43,890 nucleotides of DNA from an uncultured Lachnospiraceae bacterium (GCA_902797155.1 CADBRW010000066.1:1-43890); one strand, 5' to 3'. Positions 1 to 11,299 are shown, counted from the stretch's first letter. The notes: generated from the sequence alone by a model not told the origin. Numbers and translations are program-made.

Positions 1-386
1 ATCTCTCCGTTGTAGCCCTGAGGTACGAAGAAGGTAACCTCAGCCTTCAGCTCATGCTTCTTACCTGTGATCACGGTGTAACCCATACCGTGACGGCACT
101 GATAGAAGTCCAGAGTGGTCTTTACCGGAGACCAGCCCGGATTCCAGATCTCTCCCTCATCATTGATGTAGAAGTAACGTCCGCCTACATCCACGGGAAC
201 GTTATTGTAACGATAACGTGTGATCCGGCGCATACGGGCATCCTTATAAAAATGATAGCCGCCCGCTGTGTTGGAGATCAGTGAGAAGAAGCTCTCGGTC
301 CCCAGATAATTGATCCACGGATATGGAGTCTTAGGGGATGTGATGACATATTCTTTTGCTGCATCATCGAAGTAACCAAATTTCAT
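1..386 (-). CDS. GH94 glycoside phosphorylase (cellobiose/cellodextrin phosphorylase-like), N-terminal part; runs off window start
   Basis: Manual minus-strand translation from ATG at 386: [29 protein letters not shown]...[19 protein letters not shown]...WNPGWSPVK...CRHGMGYT, the typical GH94 N-terminus. Purine-rich RBS (AAGGGAAGG) upstream. Absent from the ORF track because it is truncated. Confidence 0.9.
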   Translation of the reverse strand, partial: MKFGYFDDAAKEYVITSPKTPYPWINYLGTESFFSLISNTAGGYHFYKDARMRRITRYRYNNVPVDVGGRYFYINDEGEIWNPGWSPVKTTLDFYQCRHGMGYTVITGKKHELKAEVTFFVPQGYNGE

Positions 387-650
387 TGCGTTGACCTTCC
401 CTTCTTTTATTTTTCCGGTTGTATACTCGGTCATCCGCGGGTGGACGTAAGCCACCGCAGAGTTAAGAATAATTATAAAGGAAATGAAAGGAAATGACAA
501 GGATAATCGGGCGGAACGGGAAGTTTTTTTGCCGGAGGCCCGAATGGGGTTTGTCAGTGGACAGACGGCAGGACTTGTACGTTGAAAATGAAGGCTCTTT
601 ATGATAAATTTAAATGGGGAAAAAGCTATGTATTGAGTTGAGTTTTGCCT

Positions 651-2327
651 ATGAAGAAAATGATGTTATGGATAAATCTGATAGCCGGCGCGGCGCTTCT
701 TGTCTGCACCGTTCTGGCGCTCTTTCTGCCTTTCCGGTATGGGGGATCCGTATACCAGGATGCTCTGGATGCCCAGGAGGGGTGGTTTCTTGTGTCTTCG
801 GACGGGGAGTTTACATCGGAGAAGGTAAACATCCATGATCTGGAATTTGACAATGATCAGAATGCTGTGGTAGGTCGTGAATTGAAAGCGGAGGATCTGG
901 CAGGAGGAGACCTGTGCTTTATCAGTACGAATACCTGCTTCAGGGTCTATATGAATGATGAACTGATCTATGATTTCTATCCGGAACTGCCCTGGTATTC
1001 CGGAACCACCTACGGAAATGCGATCCATGAGGTAAATATCCCTTATTTCGAGGGGACCGCGGTCCTTCGGATGGAGGTCACATCTCAGGGGAATGGGATG
1101 TGGGCAGGCTTCAACCGGGCATATTTCAGGAATTCTGCTCAGTATATCAAGGATCTTCTGGGGGATCATTTCTGGAAGGCGGTCATGTCCTTTATCGTAT
1201 TTGCAATAGGACTGTTGCTTGTGATCCTTGCGCTTGTATTTGAATTTCGTTCGAACCAGCGGATCGAGGCGGTTTCCATCGGTGTGGTTGCCATGATCCT
1301 GGCAGTATGGTCCAATTCGGGAACCTATATGATGGAAATGTTCATATCCAATCTCGGAATGGTCCGGATGCTGAATTATATGACACTGGTCCTTCTTCCT
1401 TTCCCCGGCCTTACGCTGATCCTCTGTGTGGTGCGGAACCTGAAGAGTAAATCTGCCTGGATCGTGGGAAGTCTGGTGGGAGTGAATCTGATCACCCACG
1501 TTGTGGCTCTCGCTGCAGGGTGGGCGGATTATCACGATCTGCTCCTCATTACCCATGGGGTCTTTATCCTGACGGTGATCCTGGGTGTCGGAGAGGTGGT
1601 GCTTGCGATTCGGAAGAAAAGGATGGTATCCAAGGATCAGTTTATCGTTCTCTTCACATTTTCCATCGTTGTTGTTACAGGCATCATTGATCTGATCAGT
1701 TTCTATCTCAGCAAGATACGGCTTGATGTAGCCAAATTCACCAGAGTGGGACTGCTGTTCTTCATTATATTCCTGTCCATTCATGAGATCGGACAGCTGA
1801 TCGAGATCAGCAGGAAGAGCTCGGAGGCGGAGGTGATGAACCGTCTGGCCCATGAGGATGTGCTGACAGGGTTGGAAAATCGTATGGCATTTACGGAGTT
1901 CGAGAGAGGGATCGCCATGCGCCAGGACGGATACTGTCTCTTCATTCAGCTGGACATCAATTATCTGAAGCAGGTAAATGACGGGCTGGGCCATGCGGAA
2001 GGTGACCGGATGATCTGCGGGGCTGCAGAGGTGATCCGGGACAGCTTCGGAACCGGTGGCAGGATCTTCCGGACCGGAGGTGATGAATTCATTGCCGTGA
2101 TGGAGGGAGATGACCCGGAAGAGATGAATGCCCGTTATCATGAAAAGGCAAAGCATTTAAAGGAATGTATCCGGGCATTTAACGAGAAGGAGGAACCGAA
2201 GATCCCTCTTTCCATCGCGTATGGTATGGCAGAGTACGAGTGCGGAAGCGGAAATCCCGAGAAGGCGGAGAAGCTGGCGGATGCACGGATGTACGAGCAT
2301 AAGAAGAAAATGAAGGAAGCCAAATGA
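651..2327 (+). CDS. Membrane-bound diguanylate cyclase (extracytoplasmic domain + ~7 TM + GGDEF)
   Basis: [24 protein letters not shown] and RTGGDEF motifs; multiple hydrophobic helices; start taken at ATG 651. Confidence 0.88.
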   Translation: MKKMMLWINLIAGAALLVCTVLALFLPFRYGGSVYQDALDAQEGWFLVSSDGEFTSEKVNIHDLEFDNDQNAVVGRELKAEDLAGGDLCFISTNTCFRVYMNDELIYDFYPELPWYSGTTYGNAIHEVNIPYFEGTAVLRMEVTSQGNGMWAGFNRAYFRNSAQYIKDLLGDHFWKAVMSFIVFAIGLLLVILALVFEFRSNQRIEAVSIGVVAMILAVWSNSGTYMMEMFISNLGMVRMLNYMTLVLLPFPGLTLILCVVRNLKSKSAWIVGSLVGVNLITHVVALAAGWADYHDLLLITHGVFILTVILGVGEVVLAIRKKRMVSKDQFIVLFTFSIVVVTGIIDLISFYLSKIRLDVAKFTRVGLLFFIIFLSIHEIGQLIEISRKSSEAEVMNRLAHEDVLTGLENRMAFTEFERGIAMRQDGYCLFIQLDINYLKQVNDGLGHAEGDRMICGAAEVIRDSFGTGGRIFRTGGDEFIAVMEGDDPEEMNARYHEKAKHLKECIRAFNEKEEPKIPLSIAYGMAEYECGSGNPEKAEKLADARMYEHKKKMKEAK

Positions 2328-2332
2328 GAAGA

Positions 2333-2398
2333 GGGGTCAGACCCCATTACAAAATTGTTACGTTAAAATGTAACAGTTTTGTAATGGGGTCTGACCCC
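2333..2398. repeat. 66-bp palindromic element, family A copy 1 (REP/REPIN-like; probably also a bidirectional terminator)
   Basis: GGGGTCAGACCCCATTACAAAATTGTTACG-TTAAAA-TGTAACAGTTTTGTAATGGGGTCTGACCCC, between convergent genes; exact reverse complement of 4848-4913. Confidence 0.9.
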
Positions 2399-2412
2399 TC
2401 TCAGGTCTGTTC

Positions 2413-3429
2413 TTATTTACCCTGACGGGCGTAGATACGCTCGGTTACAGTCTTGGATTCGCCCGGCGCCAGCTCCAGGTATCCGGATTCCTCTGAGGGA
2501 AGCGGAAGGTTCGGAGCATCGATCATCCAGGTCATGGGTTCGGGGCAGAAATACTCTTTCTCTCCCCATTCATTCCAGATCACCCAGAAGAGGAAGTCAT
2601 CACTGATCTCATAGACGATCTCTGCCTTGGTGCGAAGGTCGGTTACCACGGCACCGCGGAATTCTCTTCCGTCCAGGTCACCGATCTCGGTATTGAAGAC
2701 GTCGTTGTCGATGATCTGCTTTACCGGAATGATAGAACCGGTCATATACTGGCGGTCGTGGTTGCCATGGGGCAGCATGCCCAGGGTGGGGCAGAGGTTC
2801 CGACCCAGTTCCCATTTCTCTCCGATGGGGATATAAAGACGGGTATCCATTCCGTCAGAGCCCTCGATGAAGGGTGCCTTGATGGCAGTGTGATTGCACA
2901 TGCCGAAAGGAAGCTGACGGTCATCGGACAGATTCGTCATACTGAATTCGTAGCGCATACCGGAAGCATCCAGTGTGAAGGTAAAGTCTGCACGGAAGCT
3001 GACGGGGAAGGTCTCAAACATGGGATCCTTTGCGTCATAGGTGTAGCTGGTCTTTGCAACGGCTGCGGTAGCGGTGGCTTCTGCAGACACGATCTCATGC
3101 TCCCGAAGATGCAGGAAACCGTGGATCTCATTTCCAAAGTCCGGCTCGTTGATCGGGAACTGATAGGTATGATCGCTGCATTTCAGAACGCCGCCGGAGA
3201 GACGGTTCGGCAGATAGAGGGTGGGGAAGCCCCATGTCACCCGCTCGGTCTCGATCTCCTCGATGGTCCGCGTGTCATCATTTCGGAAGAAATCCGCACC
3301 GGTTGCAGAGTCCTGCATGCGAACGATATTGCTTCCGAGAAAAGGTGCGATGGTTGCTGTATAGGTACCTGCGGAAAGTTCGATCACGTCCTTTCCTTTC
3401 CATTTAGCTATCTGGGCACTTGCGTTCAT
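2413..3429 (-). CDS. Aldose 1-epimerase family protein
   Basis: PTLYLPNRL, EIHGFLH, NHTAI and FCPEPMTW motifs of the galactose mutarotase-like family; GGAGG RBS before ATG 3429. Confidence 0.85.
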   Translation of the reverse strand: MNASAQIAKWKGKDVIELSAGTYTATIAPFLGSNIVRMQDSATGADFFRNDDTRTIEEIETERVTWGFPTLYLPNRLSGGVLKCSDHTYQFPINEPDFGNEIHGFLHLREHEIVSAEATATAAVAKTSYTYDAKDPMFETFPVSFRADFTFTLDASGMRYEFSMTNLSDDRQLPFGMCNHTAIKAPFIEGSDGMDTRLYIPIGEKWELGRNLCPTLGMLPHGNHDRQYMTGSIIPVKQIIDNDVFNTEIGDLDGREFRGAVVTDLRTKAEIVYEISDDFLFWVIWNEWGEKEYFCPEPMTWMIDAPNLPLPSEESGYLELAPGESKTVTERIYARQGK

Positions 3430-3463
3430 AAGCACACCTCCTGATAATTCTGAGAGTGGGTAT

Positions 3464-3493
3464 ATTGTAGCACAAATCATCATGTGGTACAAT
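3464..3493. promoter_or_regulatory. Divergent extended -10 promoter boxes
   Basis: TGgTACAAT on + (3485-3493) and TGcTACAAT on - (3464-3472), between divergent genes. Confidence 0.4.
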
Positions 3494-3541
3494 CATTTTA
3501 CTGAGTGTTTTTCCATGAGTAACAAGGGGGTTGGACGTCTT

Positions 3542-3835
3542 ATGCAAATGTGGATGATCTGGATGATCTGGGGCGCTTTTCTGGCGGTTATATTCGGACT
3601 TATCGTGAATGCGGTTTCCGAATGCAAGGGCTATGCAAAGGGCTGGTTTTTCTATGGCCTTTTCTTCGGTCCCATTGCGCTCATTGTGCTTCTCACCCGG
3701 CCGGATCCGGAAGGGCAGGTCAGCTATATCAATCAGGATACAAGACCTCCAGAAACCTGGCATTGTCCGCTCTGCGGAACGGATAATCCTGCAGCCCACA
3801 CCTGGTGCGGGAACTGCGGAAAAAGCAGGGATTAG
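3542..3835 (+). CDS. Small two-TM membrane protein with C-terminal RanBP2-like zinc finger
   Basis: Hydrophobic segments with KG...WFFYGLFFGPIALIV; W-x-C-x2-C-x3-N-x6-C-x2-C (WHCPLCGTDNPAAHTWCGNC). Start uncertain. Confidence 0.7.
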   Translation: MQMWMIWMIWGAFLAVIFGLIVNAVSECKGYAKGWFFYGLFFGPIALIVLLTRPDPEGQVSYINQDTRPPETWHCPLCGTDNPAAHTWCGNCGKSRD

Positions 3836-3846
3836 GAGGTGCGGGC

Positions 3847-4839
3847 ATGTTTTGTATGAATTGCGGAAAGGAGCTTCCCGATCAGGCGAAGTTCTGTTTC
3901 TACTGCGGGAGCCAGGTCACCCTGGAATCCGATAAACAGGAACCGGTGATCCCGGGACCGGAGCTGCCCGGGCATATGATGGTGTCGCGTCCGGCGACGC
4001 CCATAACCGGACCGATGATCACAGAAAACCCGTCAAAGGGAGCGGCGCAGGGAGGAAATACGCCCGGAGGACCGCAGCAGGGTGAAAGACCGGTGCAGCC
4101 CAGGATCCCGCGGGTATTGGAGACGGGAAAGCCGGCGGCGTATGTTCCGCCTATCATGCCGACGCTTACGACCCAGAGTGACAGCAAGACCGTCTTTAGG
4201 GTAGGGCATGCAAGAAATGTGGAGAAGATCCTCCAGGTCGGAGTGGAGCTGGCAGGGCTTGGGATCCTGACGCTCCTGATCCGGGTGATCCTCCTGGCGC
4301 TGATCAACTGGCAGCAGGCGAAGTCGAATACCCAATTAAATCTGGTGGGAGACGATAAGTCGCTGATCTTTACTGAGCTGGTGGCCTTCATGTTCATCCT
4401 TGCCACCTGCATCCTGAGTATCAAATCCGACAGGCGGCTCTGGCTTGGGCTCCTTCCTCCGGTGCTGATCCTTTCGGACAGCCTGGTGGAAATGGTGAAG
4501 ACGAATCAAAGCTATTCGTCGGACTATTATGGTTACAGTGTGGGCTGGGACCAGTACAAGGGTCAGATCATTCTCCTGGGGATCTATCTGGTGATCTATC
4601 TCATCGTAGTCGTTCAGAGAAAAGCAGCCACCCGTTGGGGCGCAGGCGTTCTTCTCTTTTACGCCATGCTGGCATTGGCACTCGTGCTGTGGCGGGATGC
4701 GGATACCGCTTTTGTGGCGGTGGCGGCAGAAGAGACGAAGGTGGCATGGTATGAGCTGTTCTGCGGGATCGCACATATCTGCTTCCATGTGCCGTATATG
4801 ACTCTGGCGCTGAGACAGCTGCTGGCGAAGAAGGAGTAA
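3847..4839 (+). CDS. Zinc-ribbon domain membrane protein
   Basis: AGGAGG RBS; MFCMNCGKELPDQAKFCFYCG zinc ribbon, Pro-rich linker, about 6 TM helices. Confidence 0.8.
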   Translation: MFCMNCGKELPDQAKFCFYCGSQVTLESDKQEPVIPGPELPGHMMVSRPATPITGPMITENPSKGAAQGGNTPGGPQQGERPVQPRIPRVLETGKPAAYVPPIMPTLTTQSDSKTVFRVGHARNVEKILQVGVELAGLGILTLLIRVILLALINWQQAKSNTQLNLVGDDKSLIFTELVAFMFILATCILSIKSDRRLWLGLLPPVLILSDSLVEMVKTNQSYSSDYYGYSVGWDQYKGQIILLGIYLVIYLIVVVQRKAATRWGAGVLLFYAMLALALVLWRDADTAFVAVAAEETKVAWYELFCGIAHICFHVPYMTLALRQLLAKKE

Positions 4840-4847
4840 GACTAAAC

Positions 4848-4913
4848 GGGGTCAGACCCCATTACAAAACTGTTACATTTTAACGTAACAATTTTGTAAT
4901 GGGGTCTGACCCC
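4848..4913. repeat. 66-bp palindromic element, family A copy 2
   Basis: Exact reverse complement of 2333-2398; lies just after the stop at 4839 and is followed by a T-rich tract. Confidence 0.9.
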
Positions 4914-4929
4914 TTCTTTTTGCAAAATG

Positions 4930-4976
4930 TGACGAATGTCATATTTTGAGATGAAGTTCTGATGACATCATTCACT
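4930..4976 (+). promoter_or_regulatory. Putative response-regulator boxes upstream of the ABC exporter
   Basis: Inverted repeat TGACgaatGTCA (4930-4941) and a degenerate second copy ATGACATCATTCACT (4962-4976). Confidence 0.4.
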
Positions 4977-5053
4977 TACGCGGCCGGGGGAAGGGTGATA
5001 GTATGTGTATAGAACGAAACAACAGAGGCTTTTCAAGCGAAAGGATAAGAACT

Positions 5054-6001
5054 ATGAGTGAAACGGTAGTAAAGGTTACAAATCTTGTAAAGCGTTATAA
5101 GGAACTGATCGCACTGGATAACTTCAGCCTGGAGATTCAGAAGGGAGAGGTCTTCGGTCTGCTGGGTCCCAACGGTTCGGGTAAATCCACAACCATCAAC
5201 TGCCTTCTGTCACTGCTCACCTATGACAAGGGTGAGGTTCAGATCTTCGGCGAGAAGATGACGGCGAACCGGAGAGATCTGAAGAAGCGGATCGGACTGG
5301 TAAGCCAGAACGTGGCGGTTTTCGATGAGCTGACGGTTCAGGAAAATGTGGACTTCTTCTGCGGCCTCTACGTTCAGGATAAGGCCGAGAGACAGAAGCT
5401 GGTGGAGGAAGCCATTCAGTTCGTAGACATCGGTGATTTCCGCAAGTTCTATCCGAAGAAGCTTTCCGGCGGTCTGCTGCGCCGGCTGAACATCGCCTGC
5501 GGCATCGCTCATAAGCCGGAGCTGATCATTTTCGATGAGCCTACGGTTGCGGTGGATCCTCAGTCCAGAAACAAGATCCTGGAAGGGATCACGGAGCTGA
5601 ATCAGATGGGAGCGACCATCATTTACACCTCTCATTACATGGAAGAGGTGGAGCAGATCTGCTCACGGATCCTCATCATGGATAAGGGAAAGGAAGTGGC
5701 TTCCGGTACTGCTGAAGAGTTGAAGAGGAAGATCAAGAATACCGAAAGCGTGATCGTGGATATCAAGAAGGTTTCCAATGAGGAAATGGAAGGGATCCGG
5801 GCGATGAATCATGTGTACGAGGTCAGCTACATCAATCAGCGCATGACCATAAAATGCAGCGGCGGACGGCATAATATCTCTCACGTGGTTGAATATCTGG
5901 CGGATCACAATATGTCTTACGACCGGATATTCTCCGAGATGCCGACACTGAATGATGTCTTCCTTGAGATCACAGGAAAGGAACTGAGGGATAAGGAGTA
6001 G
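5054..6001 (+). CDS. ABC exporter ATP-binding protein (LnrL/YfiL-like)
   Basis: Walker A GPNGSGKS, signature LSGG, Walker B IIFDEP, H-loop SHYMEE, C-terminal PTLNDVFLEITG. Confidence 0.92.
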   Translation: MSETVVKVTNLVKRYKELIALDNFSLEIQKGEVFGLLGPNGSGKSTTINCLLSLLTYDKGEVQIFGEKMTANRRDLKKRIGLVSQNVAVFDELTVQENVDFFCGLYVQDKAERQKLVEEAIQFVDIGDFRKFYPKKLSGGLLRRLNIACGIAHKPELIIFDEPTVAVDPQSRNKILEGITELNQMGATIIYTSHYMEEVEQICSRILIMDKGKEVASGTAEELKRKIKNTESVIVDIKKVSNEEMEGIRAMNHVYEVSYINQRMTIKCSGGRHNISHVVEYLADHNMSYDRIFSEMPTLNDVFLEITGKELRDKE

Positions 6002-6006
6002 AGGGT

Positions 6007-7224
6007 ATGTTTAGAGTATATTCTTATTACATGAAGAAGATCTTTCGGTCGAAGATAACGATCTTCTGGGGACTGGCCTTTCCGATCATCCTGGGAACGC
6101 TGTTCTACTTTGCCTTCAGCAACATTTACAGCCAGAGCTCATCTAAGGCAATGAAGGTTGCGGTCGTAGGTGAGAACGCGAAGGAGCATCCCTTCGTAAA
6201 GGTACTGGAAGAGCTTGAATATGATGACGGAAGAAAGATGATCGATATCACCTATGCTGATGAGGCAGAGGCTATGCGGCTTCTGGAAGCCGATTCCGAT
6301 ATGGATCCGGTGGCGAAGGCAGTCTTCGGTCAGTCTCCCGATAAGGAAGAAGAGAAGGACGGTTCCAAGACAAAGCGGGTGATCGGCGTAATCAGACTGC
6401 AGAATGAGCAGGATGTGACACTGACCATCGGTGAAAATGATATGTATCAGAGCATTCTGTCCGGAATCGTCAGCGCTTACCGCTCCAAAGCGGACCTGAT
6501 CAAGGACAGCGCTTCGAGAGGCCAGGAGGCTGTGGCAAAAGCCGTTCAGTCGGTCTCGGAGGATGTGGAGTATGTTGCAAATCAGGGGATGGCAGGAGAA
6601 AACAAGGATCCCTATATCGCTTACTTCTATAACCTGATCGCCATGATGTGCATGCTGGGCTCCACAACGATCCTGGATCTGGTTGTCAGCCAGCAGCCGA
6701 ATTCGTCGGATACCGGTCTTCGCATCGGTGCATCCGGAGTCAGCAAGCTGAAATTTGAAGCAGGCGTGGTTCTGGCAGGCGTTTCCTATCAGCTGTTTTG
6801 TCTGGGTATCGCCCTGGTATTTCTGCTGGGTATCCTGGGACTGAACTTCGGCGTATCGGTTCCCATGATCCTGTTGACCTCCGTACTCGGAGTTCTTCTG
6901 GGAACGGCACTTGGGTTTTTCGTTGCACACATCGGTCGCTTTAAGTACAGCATAAAGAATACGATCCTTCTGCTGATCACCCTTGGCGGTGGCGCGCTGT
7001 CCGGCCTGTATGCAGTTCAGATCAAGGGAACTATTGAAGCCTCCGCGCCGATCATTAACCGGATCAATCCCATGTCGGTGATCACGGACGCGTTTTATTC
7101 CCTGAATATCTTCGGAACCGGAGATCGTTTCTATCGGGCTGTCTTCACGATGCTGGGTATGACTGCAGGACTGTTCCTGCTGGGAACCCTTCTTTCAAGG
7201 AGGAATCAATATGAGTCTTTATAA
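6007..7224 (+). CDS. ABC-2 type exporter permease
   Basis: N-terminal FWGLAFPIILG TM, large extracellular loop, 5 C-terminal TMs; follows the ATPase. Confidence 0.88.
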   Translation: MFRVYSYYMKKIFRSKITIFWGLAFPIILGTLFYFAFSNIYSQSSSKAMKVAVVGENAKEHPFVKVLEELEYDDGRKMIDITYADEAEAMRLLEADSDMDPVAKAVFGQSPDKEEEKDGSKTKRVIGVIRLQNEQDVTLTIGENDMYQSILSGIVSAYRSKADLIKDSASRGQEAVAKAVQSVSEDVEYVANQGMAGENKDPYIAYFYNLIAMMCMLGSTTILDLVVSQQPNSSDTGLRIGASGVSKLKFEAGVVLAGVSYQLFCLGIALVFLLGILGLNFGVSVPMILLTSVLGVLLGTALGFFVAHIGRFKYSIKNTILLLITLGGGALSGLYAVQIKGTIEASAPIINRINPMSVITDAFYSLNIFGTGDRFYRAVFTMLGMTAGLFLLGTLLSRRNQYESL

Positions 7225-8413
7225 GGCATTTTTCAAGATCATAAAGAAGAATCTGCTCGGCATCGTGATCTACTTCGGGATCACCCTTGGGGTCCTGATG
7301 CTGCTGAACGGAGTCTATGCGGATAACGAGAGTAAGAAGGCTACGCTGGACAAGTACAATATCTACGTGGAAAACCTGGATAATTCCGAATACGCGGATG
7401 CGGTAGTGGATTTTCTGAAGCGCATGCACAATGTGAAGGAAGAAAAGCTGACAGAGGAACAGGTGAAGGATCTCCTTTATTATCAGCAGGTGGTTGCATA
7501 TGTAAAGATCCCGGAAGGCTTTGGCGATACATTTGAGAAAACAGGCGAGAACCGGATCGTGAATATGTACGATGATTCCATTCCGGTGGGACTCTACATC
7601 ACACTGCAGCTGGACAATTACCTCAACTCTCTCCGGGGCTACACGGATCAGGGACTCAGCATCGCGGACGGATCCGGGAAAGCCATGGATTCGCTGGATA
7701 TCACAAACTATGTTTCCATCCATGCGAAGGAGAAGCAGAAGAACGGAACCCTGAAGGGAAACTTCAACTACCTTCCCTACGGTATCCTCTGTGTGATGAT
7801 CACAGGTGTGTTCCCGGCAGTTGTAGCATTTAACAAGGGTGAGAAGAAGAACCGGATCCAGGTGTCATCCATGGCACCGGGGAAGCGGAATATGTGGATC
7901 CTGGGAGGTGGCGCTACATTTGCAATGATCCTGATGGTGGTAATGGTCATCGTTGCCAGTCTGATGGGAAGCGGCGGGGCAGCTGTACCGGGCAATGCCG
8001 GAGACAGTGCGGCTTCGGCGGCCTCATCCGTCCTCTTTACGGAATCCTGGTGGCTGGCGGTTGCAAATACGGCGATATTCACACTGGTAGTGGCCATGAT
8101 GATCTCCATGTTTGCAAATGTACCGTTCTTCGCATCGGCAGGGGCGTCTGCACTTTCCAACATCGTCGGCCTTGGGTTCTGTTTCCTGGGCGGTACCTTC
8201 GTACCTCTCTCCATCCTTGGTGATGGTGTGAAGAAGGTCAGCCAGTTCCTTCCCAACTACTGGTATTCCACAGCGAACACCCGTATCTTCGACGGCGGAA
8301 CCTTCGCAGATGTCTGGGACTGCTTCGCCATCGAGCTGGCCTTCGGCCTTGTATGCCTCTTCGTCGGTCTTGCCGTATCGAAGATAACCGCCGAAAGACG
8401 TCAGGTAGCCTAA
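7211..8413 (+). CDS. ABC-2 type exporter permease (second subunit)
   Basis: Same topology; FLGGTFVP and FLPNYW motifs; overlaps the previous gene. Confidence 0.88.
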   Translation: MSLYKAFFKIIKKNLLGIVIYFGITLGVLMLLNGVYADNESKKATLDKYNIYVENLDNSEYADAVVDFLKRMHNVKEEKLTEEQVKDLLYYQQVVAYVKIPEGFGDTFEKTGENRIVNMYDDSIPVGLYITLQLDNYLNSLRGYTDQGLSIADGSGKAMDSLDITNYVSIHAKEKQKNGTLKGNFNYLPYGILCVMITGVFPAVVAFNKGEKKNRIQVSSMAPGKRNMWILGGGATFAMILMVVMVIVASLMGSGGAAVPGNAGDSAASAASSVLFTESWWLAVANTAIFTLVVAMMISMFANVPFFASAGASALSNIVGLGFCFLGGTFVPLSILGDGVKKVSQFLPNYWYSTANTRIFDGGTFADVWDCFAIELAFGLVCLFVGLAVSKITAERRQVA

Positions 8414-8431
8414 AGATACTATTCGTGTTAG

Positions 8432-8491
8432 CATAAAAGAGAGTCACACCGCGTGTCATGAAAATGACACGCGGTGTGACTCTCTTTTATG
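8432..8491. terminator. Bidirectional intrinsic terminator
   Basis: Perfect 28-bp stem CATAAAAGAGAGTCACACCGCGTGTCAT, GAAA loop, then its reverse complement; between convergent genes. Confidence 0.85.
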
Positions 8492-8516
8492 TGTATCCTG
8501 CCAGGCAGGAGCCGGT

Positions 8517-10328
8517 TTACTTGCCGTTTCCGATGTACTTCACGCACAGCATGGTCAGGTCATCGAACTGCGGGGCGTCGCCCACAAATCCATTGATGTC
8601 CTCCTTCAGTGCTTCGATCAGCTCCTTCGGATTCAGATCAGGATGCCGGTTCAGTGCTTCCAGCATACGGTCCGTGGTGTAAAGCTCATTTTTGGCATTT
8701 GTGGCTTCCGGCGCGCCGTCGGTGTAGACCAGAAGGACACTGCCGGGCTCCAGAGTCAGTTCATACTCCTTATATTTGGAGGTTTCCATTCCGCCGAGCA
8801 CAAAGCCATGGCGGTCCTTAAAGAGTTCAAAGTTACCGTTCGGTTTTTTGATGATGGGGTATTCATGTCCCGCACTGCATGCGGTCACTTTACCCGTGGT
8901 GCGGTCCAGGATGCCGAACCATGCCGTAACGAACATTTCCAGCTTGTTGTTCTCGCAGATGGCCTGATTGGATCTGGCCAGGACCTCGGCAGGTGAGCTG
9001 ACTGCGCGGGCATTCTGCCGGATCAGCAGCTGTGAGATCATCATATAGAGGGATGCGGGAACACCCTTTCCCGAAACATCACCGATGGCAAGCCCCACAT
9101 GGGTTTCGTCGATGGGGAAGAAGTCGTAGAAATCTCCTCCGACTTCTTTCGCCGGTGTCATGGAGGCATAGAGGTTGTAATCGGATTCCGAAGGGAATTC
9201 ATCGGGTAATGCGCCGTTCTGTATTCCGGCAGCCAGCGTAAGCTCGGTTTCCACCCGCTGACGCTCTCCGGCCAGCCGGGAGTTTTCTTCGGTGTAGCGG
9301 TCCATTTCCGCTGCAAGGGATGTCAGGTTCGATGCCAGATCTCCGAATTCGTTGTGTTGAAGGATGTGGTTCATATCCGTTTCAACCTGCCGGCTGTCCT
9401 TGTTCTCCATATAGTTCTTCATTCCACGCTGGATCTTCTTCAGCGGCCGGATGGCGGCTCTGTGGATGTAGAACAAAAGGATGGCGGCTGCGGCTGCGAT
9501 GATGAGTGCGCTGCCGATACCCATGACTGCCAGCTGAACCATCATCTGGGAATGGAAGTCACTCCACTGGTGAGCAATCCCGATGACATACCGGGGCTCA
9601 TTGTCCACATAGATGGGAATATAGCCATAATAGTAGTATTCACCGTCCTTCGGGTTATCATAACGTTCAAATATGGTCTGGCTTTGTTTGGAGTCGAATT
9701 TTCCGTTCTTCAGGGTCTGGATGGCCGGATGATCGTGCAGGTCGATCACGGCGCCACCGCTGAAAATGTAAAGAGCATCTTCAGACCCGTTCAACAGTTC
9801 ATCCGTCATGACTGCATATACGTAAACGAAACCGGGATGGGAGTCACCGATATTCATGCAGAACAGGTTCTCATTGTTTAGCTGCCATTGGGACAGGTTC
9901 ATATCCAGGGAGAAGTTGTAGTAAACCTGAGATGCGATGACACTCTGCAATTCCGGATCGAGAGCCTTCAGTTCTTCAAGGGTGAGCTGAACATTTCCGG
10001 AGCTGATCTCGATGTTAGAGTCTACATATTTCTGCATATCGGACTCCGCAGGCTCACGGCAGATGACTTCAGGATGCTCTGCCCAGTACTCCAAAAACCA
10101 CTCATAGTGCCGGATATTCATCAGCTTGTTCCTGTTACGGAGCAGTGTAGGGGTGAGCAGCTCTTTCTTTGCCTCCAGGTACGTGGAAAGATTTCCCTTT
10201 ACCACCAAAGCGGTGATAACGGAAATGATAATGACGAAGATGATCACGAAGATCGCTCCGACCTGGACCAGAAGCCGCTTGTTATTCGGTTGATCGGTTC
10301 TTATCTTTGCTTCTTTATTTCGACTCAT
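8517..10328 (-). CDS. Membrane sensor PP2C/SpoIIE (RsbU-like) Ser phosphatase with HAMP domain
   Basis: Two TMs flanking a sensor domain, HAMP (IRPLKKI...NEFGDLA), PP2C motifs GGDFYDF, GDVSGKG, YTDG, DDLT. Confidence 0.9.
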   Translation of the reverse strand: MSRNKEAKIRTDQPNNKRLLVQVGAIFVIIFVIIISVITALVVKGNLSTYLEAKKELLTPTLLRNRNKLMNIRHYEWFLEYWAEHPEVICREPAESDMQKYVDSNIEISSGNVQLTLEELKALDPELQSVIASQVYYNFSLDMNLSQWQLNNENLFCMNIGDSHPGFVYVYAVMTDELLNGSEDALYIFSGGAVIDLHDHPAIQTLKNGKFDSKQSQTIFERYDNPKDGEYYYYGYIPIYVDNEPRYVIGIAHQWSDFHSQMMVQLAVMGIGSALIIAAAAAILLFYIHRAAIRPLKKIQRGMKNYMENKDSRQVETDMNHILQHNEFGDLASNLTSLAAEMDRYTEENSRLAGERQRVETELTLAAGIQNGALPDEFPSESDYNLYASMTPAKEVGGDFYDFFPIDETHVGLAIGDVSGKGVPASLYMMISQLLIRQNARAVSSPAEVLARSNQAICENNKLEMFVTAWFGILDRTTGKVTACSAGHEYPIIKKPNGNFELFKDRHGFVLGGMETSKYKEYELTLEPGSVLLVYTDGAPEATNAKNELYTTDRMLEALNRHPDLNPKELIEALKEDINGFVGDAPQFDDLTMLCVKYIGNGK

Positions 10329-10356
10329 CTTAGCTTCCTTATTGATACAGATCATA

Positions 10357-10368
10357 GGGTCAGACCCC
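10357..10368. repeat. Solitary family A terminal motif (GGGTCAGACCCC)
   Basis: 12-nt match to the arm of the 66-bp element, intergenic. Confidence 0.5.
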
Positions 10369-10464
10369 GGGGTATCTTTCAAATAATTCCGAATCTATCA
10401 TGCTACAATCTTCGCCCTACGTCAAACGGTTTTTGTAATTAACAGATCCGAAAGCCGGTTTCCT

Positions 10465-10494
10465 GCCGTTCATCGAAGGAAAACGACCGCTCAT
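10465..10494 (+). promoter_or_regulatory. Putative LytTR direct-repeat binding site
   Basis: GCCGTTCAT-N12-ACCGCTCAT (21-bp period) upstream of an operon that encodes a LytTR protein. Confidence 0.55.
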
Positions 10495-10572
10495 GTCAAA
10501 ATCATATGCAAATGTTCCTCCCTTTGATATTCTCACCTCAGAACGAGTTGAGAAATAAAGGGAGGCTTTGTT

Positions 10573-11299
<727 letters not shown>

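Noticed and set aside
54-284. 76-aa plus-strand ORF
   Set aside because: It is antisense to the GH94 phosphorylase gene.
2355-2376. TGTTAC-N8-GTAACA core as a Rex or GlnR operator
   Set aside because: Spacing does not fit either consensus, and the site is inside a repeat at gene 3' ends.
10302-10343. Imperfect repeat encoding NKEAKM/NKEAKI around the PP2C start
   Set aside because: A short local duplication that only makes the start codon ambiguous.
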